The notes under the pieces: generated by a model
The model's input: only the letters and a program-made list of their open reading frames with translations
Told to the model about the DNA's origin: nothing
The model's database searches: none
Origin: Catajapyx aquilonaris
Taxonomy: Eukaryota
Direction: 5' to 3'
Assembly: GCA_000934665.2 (NCBI GenBank)
Contig: KZ538014.1
Span: 1-64,000, forward strand
Length of the DNA stretch: 64,000 bases
In this document: piece by piece, positions 14,770-27,200 of the stretch
Numbering within the stretch: position 1 is the first letter of the stretch
Layout of the letters: every line of letters starts with the position of its first letter
Made by a program: the position numbers and the translations under genes

Positions 14770-17700
14770 TTCATTTTTTCTCTGACGTTAATCTCGTATA
14801 GAATCGATCTGTTGTTCAAGTGCTTATATTCGTTGACAATCACAACGACATTCTCAGTTGTTCAGCTGCAATACTTTTTGATTAGCTCAGGTTTATGCAG
14901 TATAACGTGTGATCCTGTAATTATATGGCGTTTTTTGTGTAAATAGGAAGGAAAAGGGGCTTCTCTCCCGGCGTGTGATTAGTGCAGCGTATACTAAGGA
15001 CTTTGAACTAAATGAAATCAGATTGCAATGGCTGCGAGCTAGTTGTAAAATAGAAGGAAGCCTGCCGGGGGTTTAATTAGATAGGGACGGTTCTTGCCGG
15101 AGCCTCTTTTGCGTGCAAACTACACCGAGGGGCTTAGGGAACATAGCAATATTCGCGAATGGCGTATTCGTAGCAAGTGAGCAAAATATCTGCTGGAGCT
15201 GCTTTCGAGAGGCTGCCACGAGTGACGACTAGGAACAGTAGATGTGTGTGTCTGTGTGTGTATTTTCCTATCTCCTGCTGCTGCTGCTGCATAGCAAGAA
15301 AAAGAATGAGAAGAAAAGAGATGGAGGTGGGTGGGGAAGAAATAGGGAGGCTGGCTCGTCGCTGGTATTTTACAAGGACGAAGCACTTTTTGCTGTCTTT
15401 GAGTCCTAAGTGGTCCCAGTCAGCTATACCTTCTGGCCTTGGGCCAAAGCCTCGGCCATCCAAAATGCTGCATGGGTAACAGACAAGGTAATAAAGAAAA
15501 TTGGATAGTCTATCTCCGATGTTAAGGTATGTAGAAGGCTTATGAGATTTCTGCCTATAATGTGCTTCCACTGTAACAGATGGTTGGGGAAAAGACAGAG
15601 CATACCAACTTGATAGACCTGTGATGGAGGACGCTTAGAATAACACCGGAGAACAGTTTCTGACTTATGAGAAACCTATATCCTGGGGTTGTTATACTCT
15701 GGCGAAGAATTTGCGCCCAAGTTATACACTTTCTTGGGGCCATACTCATTAGGGGGAATTCCTCAGAAGAAGGGTCTCAGTTATTGAATGTATTAAAAGA
15801 GCTCAGGGCAAGGAGGGGTGAGTCGATTGGGTGAGCTTCTGGGAGGTAGTTCGTGCTCAGTTCATTGGAGTAATGGAATGCGGTCTGCACTTTTCCCAAC
15901 CATTTGTATTCAATCAAGATGGCACCCGGTCAAAATTGGATTTCGCCTAGCCAGCGGTTTTAGCATCCAGTATATATATTCCTTGATGGACCTAGTTGGT
16001 GAAAGCATTGCTTACGACATGCTGCTGATCCTGGATTCCATTCCAAATAAAGAATTTGGCAGTCATCTTAGCCCAGAGCTCGGTTTTTTCTCAGGCATCT
16101 AGAGAGGTGTATTTTATCTTGAAAGCTGGGCATGTCGCTAAATTTTTAAGTGAATGGGACATACGTCTGTCGGTATGTAAAATATTACGTTTGGTCGCAC
16201 TGTCACTTAACAGGCTCCGATAATTGAGGCTCAGACGAGGAATGTGCAGCCTGAATGTTGCCCGAATTTTATATGAAGTAGATGCATGAAATTATTACAT
16301 TACTTGTAACTTGGCAGTTACGACTCAACTTGATCTTGGTCTATTTGGCATACTCGTCGCATAATTAATTTCTGGAAATTGTGGCAGTTAATGGAAAAAT
16401 ACGAGATATTGATGAAATGTTTCATTGAAGGTGCTGAAAATTTGATTTACGCAAAAGAAAAATTTTCATGGGAAAAGAGTTATTGGGTGACAGCGTTGCT
16501 GATTAAGTTCGACCTGTGTTATTCAATTAAGGGCCTATTCGTATGCATCCAACTAGGGCTTCCTATTGGCTTCACTCCGGTGTACAATCAATGGGATGAC
16601 AGGGTTGCTTCTATTAGTGAAGCAACCTCGGAAGAAAACACGATGTTAATTTATTTTTTGTTCGGTTGGTTCAGTGCGTGATAAGCTGAAACAAGCCGAA
16701 TGTGTATCTGAATGTAAATTATACAAGTAGAGGGGTGGTTCAACATGTAGAGAACAAATCTTACTAAATGTATGCTTATTTAGATACTTTCCAGTAATCA
16801 GAAAGGATTAGGTTATTACTCGTACCATTTGAAATAACTGCTATACACTCTTCGCAGTTCGCTCCTAATGCTGTGTCAGGAAAAGCAGCAATGGCGACTG
16901 TTATTCCGACCCTATATGTCAAAATACAGGATAGGTATTATACTCTGCTGGGATGTAAGATTATTTTAGTCTATTTTGAATATTGCTGAGGTCTGTGGCC
17001 GTTTCTAATAGTAAAAAATTGCCAGTTGGAATTCCTGACCTGAACACCTTGTAGAGAAGTTGGACAAGTTTCCTGAGATGCAAAGCACTGCATCTAAAAA
17101 TTATTCCATTTTTACGACCTCTCTTTACACTAACCTGTGGGTCGGTTATGTCAACACAAATTAAGGAAAATCTCTGTTATGTACTATAGAAAAAGTTCCG
17201 GCCAGACTTATTCAGGTGTTCTTGTAATCATCATCACTTCTCCGAGGTAAAGTATGGAGAAAAAAGACTAGCAATAACTTTCAATTAATATCAGCCATCT
17301 AATACTTTTTACTGCTGGAAAAAGGGTAATTTCTTGTTGAACCACGCCTCTTGTCATACTGTATATGGTTCATATTAGCCACTGGTTTTACTGAAAATGC
17401 AAATATCTTATAGGCTGCTAGTCAAAATAATCGTCCTTGAATTTCCAATTCCAATTCCAGAAAAAAACGCTCTATATAATTCTATTACACTTGAAGGAGT
17501 GGCACAGAGATTGAAAACATTATGCAACAGCACAATCGTGTCACAACCATCAATATCAATTAAGAGTATAAAATAGGCATCTGTTGTTTTCCTCATCTTG
17601 GGTGTGTGCCTATATGCGTGTGTTGAATGCTACTATCAACATTTACAACTGGTTGATTGAATAACTAAAAGGTAATAAAATGTCGGGTTCGAGGACGTTC

Positions 17701-18127
17701 GAGCATATAAAAGAACTTGATATTTTGTGCAATGAAATGCAATTTTATTTCGAGTTTTTTATGTAGCGTTGTGAGCATCATGAACTTAATTTTTAAACAT
17801 TGTGCATACCATTCACAGTCCTGCAAAATGTTTTTTCCTTCCCCTAAAATCCCTCCCATCAATCCAGCCCCACGATTGATAAACTTCCCAGAAAACAAGA
17901 GCCCGAAATAATTTCCATAATAATCGCCTGGAAATTGTTGCACCCAAAGGCTCGCCAGAAATCCCTCTTATTCCGCGGCCTAGGCCAAAATTCATCTTTG
18001 CACTCTTGGTAATGAATTTCCACAGACATAATCTGACAAAAAGCCCGTCTGCTGCTTCCAAGCCCGCGCATTTGTCCCTTATGGATCTGGCAGAAATGCA
18101 GAAATGCTGGGGAGTGGGGGGGGGGGG

Positions 18128-18199
18128 NNNNNNNNNNNNNNNNNNNNNNNNNNNNNNNNNNNNNNNNNNNNNNNNNNNNNNNNNNNNNNNNNNNNNNNN
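18128..18199. other. Assembly gap (72 N) flanked by poly-G
   Basis: N run directly visible between G homopolymers; smaller N's at 9714, 10460 and 26024-26031 also abut G/C runs. Confidence 0.98.
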
Positions 18200-18599
18200 G
18201 GGGGGGGGGGTTTCCTGGCACCACTTCTAGGGACAGCAATTTGTCTCAAGTTGCGCATGTTATATGCAACCCCTTTGCCTTAATATGCGAGCGTGAGAAG
18301 TCGCGGGTAGGGTGTGGCATGGTGGCAAAAAACGGATGGAGAATGGAGGAAAAAGACAAATGGAGGCCTGGTGAGTGCTAACTTGTCCTGGGCAGAAAGT
18401 TAAACAGTGGGTTTAAATAGTCTCGCGGCGCAAATGACCTCTCATTAGAGTGCAACTCTTCCGAGCGGTCTTCAGGGGGAAACTTGGGCACTAATCTCAA
18501 ATGAGGCCTAGACCCATATTAGAGCTAAATTCTTCCTTCATGAAGCGGAATTGAAGCTATCGTGGAAAAGGCCCACATGGAGACGCGCAGGGAAATGGA

Positions 18600-18646
18600 G
18601 GGAAAGGCTGGGAGGGGAAAAGAGGGGAGGGGAAAAGAGGGGAGGG
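18600..18646 (+). repeat. Purine-rich G-tract repeat (GGAGGGGAAAAGAGG-like unit), potential G-quadruplex
   Basis: ggga-gggg-aaaaga-gggg-a-gggg-aaaaga-gggg-a-ggg: more than four G>=3 runs with short loops. Confidence 0.55.
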
Positions 18647-19079
18647 TAAGATAAGTCAACTCACTTTTCACATTCACCTTGCATTTACTAAATGAATGCT
18701 CAGCCATTTTCCCTGCGCCAAACCAGAACGTGTCTCCTAAGAGCATTGCATTTATTATCTGGCACAAGAAAAGCCTTTTGCGTGTGCATCGTACGCTTTC
18801 AGCAATAATAGTGGAATGTAATTATTTCGCCTGAAAATTACTGGAATACGGCTACGGAAAAAAATAAGACTGTTAGTTGGCATAATTTTTGCTGTAGTTT
18901 TGATGCATTAGAAGCATGCATTTTGCAAGCATAGAGAGCGAACATAACTAGCATTCTATAGTCGGAGGTTTATACAATAATAATAAATGTTGTCATCGAA
19001 AATTCACCGAATTTATGTATATTTTGTAATAAAAAATAATGACATGTTTGCAGGTTGTTATCATTAGGTTCACAATATA

Positions 19080-19410
19080 CAGGGTGTTTCAACTTTTTTG
19101 TCCGAACAGTTATCGGAAAATTGCACATAGCTGCTACTTTGTAAGGAGTGACTTGCAACCGGTGATTTGTCGGAGGAATGGGGAATGGGGAAAATGAGGG
19201 TCACACATCCCATGGCATGTGTGACCCTCTTATTTTCCAGGCTTGGCCCTCAATTTTTAGCGGCCAGCACGTATGCCATTTCAACATACGATTCGCAGGG
19301 AATATTCCCCGTTCCCCCGAAAAATCACCGTTTGCAAGTCACTGCTTACAAAGTAGCAGCTACGTGCAATTTTCCGATAACTGTTCGGACAAAAAATTTG
19401 AAACACCCTG
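19080..19410. mobile_element. 331-bp Tc1/mariner-type MITE with long TIRs
   Basis: TA|CAGGGTGTTTCAA...TTGAAACACCCTG|TA; 107-bp TIRs (19080-19186, 19304-19410) with about 7 mismatches; TA duplication at 19078-79 and 19411-12; internal 13-bp hairpin 19196-19229. Confidence 0.93.
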
Positions 19411-21452
19411 TATTGACCTGTGTCTATCCTTGTATGATTTTGCTATAATATTCATCGCGTCATGTTTGCGAAGACCATGTCAATTTTGAACATTATTCTA
19501 GTTAGGCCATATATTTTCAATGTTTACATTTTAAAAATAACTACTATTTTTGAGGAAAATAGGGAAGAAGGTTATTGCTAGGTCATTGGCCCTGCTGGTC
19601 CGACGTTGCATTTTCTTTCCATTTTATAGACCTATTTGTCTAATCCAGTTTTGCATTATGACCGTTTTACTACAGTGTCCTTTAACCCTCGACCTTGATG
19701 AAAAAGCTAAGTGCATCAGACACCAGAAGGGTTTAAGTATCACACCTATATACAGAGCAGACAAAAGTTGTGAGCCGGAACCACAGCCCCATGCATATGC
19801 GATGCTTTGCGAAAAGCCAAGTTGCAGTCGGGGAAGTGCAAGTTGCGTAAATATACTCGTATAAGGTCATTTTTGGTCGGGCTGTGACCGGGCTCTCCAA
19901 GTTTGCCAAAACTGCCATTGGTCCACAAGACAATCCTCACTTTGCAAGTCAGTTGGTCTGAGGGAAGTAGGAATTCCGCTCCAGAGTAATCCAGCTCCTT
20001 AATCCATTGCCATACTCCGGGATTGTAATTTGACTTTATAGTCAAGGTAGAATGCTCTGAATTGCAAAGTTCTTAATTGCCCGCGCTCATTATGTCACAT
20101 TCCCTCGCCGCCTCTTCCGCGCGTGCGTTGCAACCCAAGTCTCCTGCTTGCTTTTGCTGCACCAGCTGCCCGAACTGGTAGATCCCAACCTTATTTGCAA
20201 CCAACTATAGATATACCATCTACTATGTCTATAACACTATATGATGATGATGTGAAATATCTGACAGGACAAAAGAGACGGCCTGAAATCGGCATTTTCT
20301 TCACTGAGTAGCCTATGAATACTTAGCGCCTATATATATACTCGCTTGTTATAAAAATAATTTTTAATTTAAAAAAATAAAACATGAACTTCATATTTAT
20401 GTGAGCTTATCATTCAATCCACACATGGCTTATCATAATGGCTTTCCCTTAGGAAGTAAACGCTGCATTAGATTTCACATGTTTGCATATCAGTCATTTC
20501 TTCTACTGCATAAGGAATGAGCACGATAACCCTGAATATTTATACTTCAGCATGTAAACATAACAACGATCTCAAGGTATGTTTATGAAACTATTAGCAC
20601 ACTGGCACACACGTGTCTTGTAAGCCTTCCAACTTAGAGTGCGTCTATTTTAGCATATGCTGCAAATCGGCCTTATGTAGAATTTTGATTTCTTTTCAAA
20701 ATTGAAAGGCTACGTGAAGTTGAATGAGGGGCAAGTGAGACTATTTGAAAGACGAATGTACTTCAACTTATTTCAATTTTGTACACTCTAGTTTCAAGGT
20801 TAATTTGGCCAACATTACTGTCATGTATGCTATTTCACCGTTAAATTAAAAGCAGATATGGTCACTCACATGGGAATGCAGAAAAATGGTTGCCAATATA
20901 AATATGCTGTCAAAAATACAATCGCTTTTGACATTAGTTATTGACTCGATAATTATTAATGTACTACAATATCGCCTAATATAAATTACCGATAAGATGT
21001 GACTCCTAATATCTGCAACTAAAACAGGGCCAAATTGAAACCAAATGAATGCAAATATTTACAAGAGTATTGCTTGCATCCAGATAGAAATTATTATAAT
21101 TCTCGCGCATTACATACCCAATTTCTTATGTGGCATGTCTGGATTCGCGGTTAATGATTGCTTTCTGGGGGCATTTCGGAATGCTAACAACTGCACCAAA
21201 ATCAATCATAAACAGCTATACCTTATGTTGTGAATCCAGAAGCCCCGGGCACATAATTATGAAGGAATAAGGCATTAATTTTGAGACTATCAGACCTGCA
21301 TGAAATCCGCGGCAAAATAGAAATGGATATATTATTTTGATAAAAGTGTGCTTTTTCTAAACAATAGCCTACAGAAGTGAACTTATCTGTTGACAGCATT
21401 CAGCCTATAATATTTAATCTCAGTCAATCTGAAACATCCAAAATTGAATGAT

Positions 21453-21491
21453 ATAGTATGAAATAATTACGCCATAATTATTTCATACTAT
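21453..21491. repeat. Perfect 17-bp-stem AT-rich hairpin
   Basis: ATAGTATGAAATAATTA-cgcca-TAATTATTTCATACTAT. Confidence 0.85.
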
Positions 21492-21708
21492 TTTTCTTTT
21501 ACATTCATGTACTTATATAGAGGTAGAAAATTATTGTAAAACCTTACGTGTCATTCTTGCACTATATTAATATTGACCTGATGAATTTTCGCCTGCTGTG
21601 TTTTTACACACGTTGGTTAGAAATTCTAAATTCCAGTAACAGGATTATGTTGTTACTCTTTCAAATGGACATTGTCATTTTCAGAGGGCTTCTCAATACC
21701 ATGTAGGA

Positions 21709-21950
21709 CAGTTCTTCGCAATTTATTTCGTTGGCGACCCCAAAAAATCCTTTCGTAAAATTTTCGACCCCCTATATGTGCACATTTTGATCCGCCAACA
21801 TGAAAAGACAGGTAAACAGTGAAATGACCTTACCTTATGCGCTTATGGTCATGATTTTCAAGAAAGATAGCATCATTTTGTGAAAATAATTTGTTACCCT
21901 CCCTCGCGACCCCAAATATTATTTTCGCGACCACAATTTGGAAAGCACTG
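21709..21950. mobile_element. 242-bp hAT (Charlie-like) non-autonomous element
   Basis: Perfect 8-bp duplication ATGTAGGA (21701-21708, 21951-21958); imperfect TIRs CAGTTCTTCGCAA / TTGGAAAGCACTG; repeated subterminal (G)CGACCCC motifs typical of Charlie-type hAT elements. Confidence 0.85.
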
Positions 21951-22274
21951 ATGTAGGATGATGCGCCCCATTCAAGAAATTACCAACTATTTGCCTCAGC
22001 AATAATTTTAAAAAAGGAACTCGTTGGAAACAACAGTCAAAGCCACGTTACCTTTTGGTGTTTATTGCTTTATTTTAGCAACAATATGTGTGCAAAGAAG
22101 GTTGCGAAAAAATGCAGGATGAAAAATTCTGGTTCATTTATCCACATATCATTGGATTGAAATGGTCCCGGTGATGGATGGAATGTTGGAACACATCACA
22201 GAAAGTAGATCCAGCAGGTGCTCTCAACAGCAATATTAGAGTTGACAGATTACGGAAAAGAGGACCAAGATATA

Positions 22275-22482
22275 CAGGGTGGTCCACCATCAAGTGTCGT
22301 TTTATAACGGCGATTAATAGCAGTGATTTTGCGATGACGTAGCAGCGACGCGTAAAATGTCCCACTTTGGCGCATCTTCGGCGCCATCGAAGTGGGCAAT
22401 TTTACACGTCACTGCTACGTCAATCGTAAAGCGCTTCTATTAATAGCAGTTATAAAACGACACTTGATGTTGGACCACCCTG
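22275..22482. mobile_element. 208-bp near-fully palindromic Tc1/mariner-type MITE
   Basis: TA|CAGGGTGGTCCACCATCAAGTGTCGTTTTATAAC...GTTATAAAACGACACTTGATGTTGGACCACCCTG|TA; the arms stay complementary almost to the centre. Confidence 0.92.
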
Positions 22483-23590
22483 TATAGATCAAAGGTTGCA
22501 GCAGAAGGAAGCTGAAGTGTCTTTGAAGAAGATCAAGGAGACCGAGTAGTTAACTAATTCACAAAAAATGAGGTTGAAATAAAGTTTATTCTCGATAAGA
22601 AACCAGTCTCAAGATTGATTCATCCTGTATTATTCGAAACCACGCCTTTCAGATGAAATGTCCATGATGTAGTGAGTAGCTATTTTTCCTCCTAATGCAG
22701 ATTAGGCAGTTACTTTACGAAGCTATCAAATATTTGGTTAAATGGAAGCATTCATCCACTCTCTGAATTGCAATGGGTGACATTGAGAAGATCCATTTTG
22801 ACTCACTAGATCACATGAGGTCAATTAATTTTTCAAATCCTATGTCCTATAAATTAATTTCAGAAATGCACTCATTCAACCTATAATAATGTAGCCTAAT
22901 TTTCGTGCTAGAACTTCGCTAAGTGTGAAAAATGCCTAACCACCACTGATGCTTCCACTGGAATGCACTGCACATGTGTGTATTCACTTACGAGAATATT
23001 ATTTGCATGTCCATAGGTCAATGTGTCTACTCTCTCCAAATATAACTAGTTGAACTATATACCCTGTAGTGGCGCTAATATATAGTCAGAAGATGTTAAA
23101 TAACTGACAAGTATATATAGTACCTTCCAAGACTAATATTTTGTGCGTAATGTTTGGCTAATGGATGATCAGAGTCTGCAATGAATATTTGAAAAAGTAC
23201 CATATGAATTATGGAAAATATCCTGATAGTTAAGCCACTCAGCTACCACCAGTGGGTTAATCAGCAGGGTACTTCACTTGGGGGCGCCACCATACACGAC
23301 TAAATTACCTCCTTACACCACAAAATGATGCCTCCCAGCGAAAAATTATGTAAAATATGCTGCTCCTGGAGTAGGTCAAGAAACCGACCTATACCTGCTT
23401 ATTATGTGAGAGTCCCCTGTATAGTGTATACGCATCAACAACTTTAAAAATCCAAATATTTTTAATACAAGCACATCTGACAATCCTCATCTTTCGACAG
23501 ATCAGTCACAGATGAAAAATTGTCGTCACATTCACCTGTCTATTATGTCCGTGGTGCCTATGAAAATATGTATCTTCGCGTTCAGTGTGC

Positions 23591-23630
<40 letters not shown>
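23591..23630 (+). repeat. (TAA)n microsatellite
   Basis: About 13 perfect TAA units. Confidence 0.97.
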
Positions 23631-23631
<1 letters not shown>

Positions 23632-24157
23632 TCACAGTTTGGTTTTATTCTTTTTATCTCCATGGACAAGGTCGTCCTGATATGAAATAATCACTCTTAA
23701 TTGATCCCAAAATGACCTTAGAGTGGAATTTCCCAATTGACACCGGAAGTTAAATGTGTGTGGAGTCACTAGAGTGCAGAATAGTTAGAAGCTTCCGCTT
23801 GCATCCGCCATTCGACATTGAACTTGAAAAGGCTGGCTCTAGAGGGACACGGCAGCGATAAGGACACATAAAAGTGAAATTTATGGTCGGCGCTACAAAT
23901 TGTCCGGGAAACGTACGAGGCGTCTCTTCACTGCTTCCGAGTCAGAAAAGCACAAGGAATGGATTGGATTTAGTGTTGTTTCTGAAAAATTGAAAATTGA
24001 GTGAGGAGTTGAGGTTGTTTTTATTTTAACTGGAGAGAAATTAGTGTGATTAGTTAATATTATAAAATGTTTATGAAACTTATAGGAATGACTATAGAGG
24101 TTATATATTTGAAACATAAAATAAGATACTACTCATGTTTTACATAATCTGCATTGG

Positions 24158-24222
24158 TTCCCCAAAGGGGTCGTTACGGCCCAGAAAGGGTTAAATTAAA
24201 TTTTTAAAAAATAATAATAATA
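24158..24222 (+). mobile_element. Probable 5'-truncated retroposon 3' end with TSD
   Basis: 65-bp segment ending in an A/(TAA)-rich tail, flanked by the 12-bp direct repeat AATCTGCATTGG (24146-24157, 24223-24234). Confidence 0.55.
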
Positions 24223-27200
24223 AATCTGCATTGGATAATGGGGGTAGATAGACATTAATGAAATTAGGAGAAAGGCCATACCGTACTTGTTTGAAAAGTG
24301 AAAGCAATGCAGTATATATACATGACCTTGCATGGTTACGCCCCAATATATGCTAACCCTAATCCAAAGTAAGTCGCATCTTTTCAAAGACATTCATGGG
24401 TATAAATTACTAAGCCTTTTCATGTGTAATACAGTAGATAGGTTATGGTATATGTTCAAAATGAGTGCAGAAAATGTAGGGCTAATAGGAACAGGTGCCA
24501 TTTGGCATAAGTCTGCTCTAGGTGGCCTAGATTACATCTTATTCGAGTCACGTTGTGTATATCGGTGTCACTTACGACATGAAACACCTGAAACTCAATG
24601 TCAGCAATTGGGTGGAACTGGCATAAGAATGCGTCAACATATGCTCCTATATTATGTGTCTGTGAAAACTCTAGGACTATAGTGATACGGTACGTTAAAT
24701 AACAGGACATGATTGTTGAATAACCTGTTTAATATTAGAAAACTGTCCAATCAGCGAGAGTGGGCACTAATACATATATAGAGTGTAATTATTGTCAATT
24801 TTATTGGGGAACACTGTCAATTAACATGACATAATGCTTCAGGGAAGTAAGCGTTATTATTCCTTTTAGGATGCTTTTCCTATCAAAACTGGTAAATTGA
24901 ACAAACATCTCCACAAAATGTGATCGTGCAGTCATAATTTACCGTGACGAAAGAATACCATTGGTGGCATTCCATATGCCTGCCCCATTGGGTAGTTACA
25001 CTAACTCTACACGAATCATGCAACCCGTATGTCCAACCCGTATGCACAATGGACAACAATTACGCGACTTGAAAACAGTTGCTTGGAAAACCGATCGTTA
25101 CTGTCTGGCTGTGGTAGCTGGAAGTGCCGTATTCAAAAAAAGATACGCCCAGCTTGACAAGTTAACGGTCATGCAAGTTAACTATTTGCCCCATTGCGCA
25201 CATGTTTTAAAAAGAATTGCGCAATAAAAAACCCTCTCTGCTCGTTTTACCGTCACACATTTTCGATACCTTTTCAATAACATATTTCTCTGTTATGTAA
25301 TGGGGGGAAAATGCACAGGCGCGTAAGAATTGATCCATATAGGTGATGTGAACTTCTTTTTTTTTAAATCGCCCCTTGCGAGCCCGTATGAAAGCCTCTG
25401 CTTAAGCTAGTTCTGGCAGATGTCGAGAGAGGCCAGTGTCGGGCAGAGGCAGATTGGAGCAAAAGCCGACTAGCTGCTCCAGGCCCCAGGTAGTTGGAAA
25501 AGTTTACGAGACTCGTGTCGTAAATCGAAGCGACACGAGGGGGAGTCTAGCCCATGCCCCAGGATTATTCGTGGAGCAAGAAGTACTATGAATGAGCAAT
25601 TAAAACAACACTTGAAACATACCGATGTGTATCTAACATATTAGCTATATGTACTGATAGCAAAAAATGTGTACTTTATCCAACTTGTTTTTTTCTCTCT
25701 CTTTTCAGAAACGACGGATGCTGTATCCAGACCATCTCGAGTAGGCCATCTTTTCTTGGTGAGGGCTCGAAGCTGAAGGAAAAACCTTTACAAGAAGGCG
25801 GCCATCATTTTTCCTCTCCTTCTTTTTTTTCTAGAGGTGATAGCTTCTTTGGCCTTTTCTTCCCCTCGTGCATTTCTGGGGCGCTCGTAGCTGCAAAATG
25901 AGCAGGGAAGAAATTGGGCGGCGAAGGTGGTTAGAGCGGAGCAAGAGAAGACGAGCAGACAGGTAGGCCCTCGGGGTGCCTTTATGCCGACTCTGCGCTG
26001 CCTTCTGGATGAAGACATCCAAANNNNNNNNCCCCCCCCCCCCCCATACCTCTATATACACCAACTCTCCAACACCCATTACATGCACAGCACACACAAA
26101 AAAACTAGGGGAGAAAACAACGTCAACACAAGAAAGAGGCGTTTGTTTTATGGCTGGGCATCTTGCCAGAGCAATACATGGAACTGTTAGGTGATACCCA
26201 GAGTAGCCATGGTCCACTCTAAAGGTGCTGGTGGTGAAGAAGAAGGGGGAAAAAAAGGTAATCATATAAGGGGATGTTGTCGTCTTGATGACGAAGCCCT
26301 GCTTTTGTTTTGCTTGCAGAAAGCACTTCATTGTCTCGGGGTGAAAATGGCATCGGGCAGACATGAACTTCGTCTCGTGAACTGTGCTTGTTTTTTATTT
26401 GCTAGAATTTCAATATGATAATGCAGGGCAATGAGGTCACGGCCGCTGTCAACTATACCAATTGCACATTTTACGTCCATAAATGGAGTGGCATGCTGTC
26501 TCAGACTTGCTGTAATTTGATAACCATTTCAGGGAATAAGTGAGTCGCCTTCTGGTTTTTACCCCACTGTAGAAAATCTACCCAACTGCATTTGACATAT
26601 AAAAGTTAAGTTTCTGCAAGAAAGTTGTGAAAGTTTCCGGGCGCCCGGAGAGAGAAGCGAGTTAACTTTCTGATATGAACGCCTACAATCTCCTTTCTAT
26701 CCTAACTCAAGTTAGAGGCATATCAATTCCAAGAACAGTGTCAGCTACCCGGCACAAAAGTTCACGGCTGCTCAAGTCAGGATTCTGAATTTTCTTCAAA
26801 TGGAATGCAGTTGCATAGACTCACAAAAAAAAGCTGCGAGACAACCTTACGTCACTGTCACATGTAACTTTAGAAGTGAAAAAATAAAAAATAAAAGAAA
26901 GGCATGTACATAACAACTTACCTTCCGAAAATCAATTAGTGGACCGCCCTGTCGAGTCTTCTTACCCTCCGACATAAAACACTATCACCACCTCTAACTA
27001 CTCTTGTTAAACCACCCACTAATATACAGCAGCAGCTACCACTAACCAGTCCTCTCCGAACTTATGGCCCACATGATGACACTCCCAAAAAAAAAAGTTG
27101 ACTAGACCGTCCACTCGCACTTAGCCACTAACATTTTCATTCCAGAGACGCAGAGGAAGAAGAGGAACCACCGTTGCCTCGACAAGCAAGTTTCGAATAT

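Noticed and set aside
18116..18210. Long G tract as a biological feature
   Set aside because: It spans an N gap, so the true length is unknown; likely a sequencing or assembly failure at a homopolymer.
18970..19448. Two ORFs sharing QVT.YKVAA.CNFPITVRTK.LKHPV
   Set aside because: Artefact of reading the two TIRs of the 19080-19410 MITE on opposite strands.
23059..23075. TACCCTGTAG, the start of miR-10/miR-993-5p
   Set aside because: The match stops after 10 nt and there is no precursor hairpin. Other seed-like matches (miR-124 near 45788, miR-31 near 37900) fail the same way. A miRBase/Rfam search was not possible.
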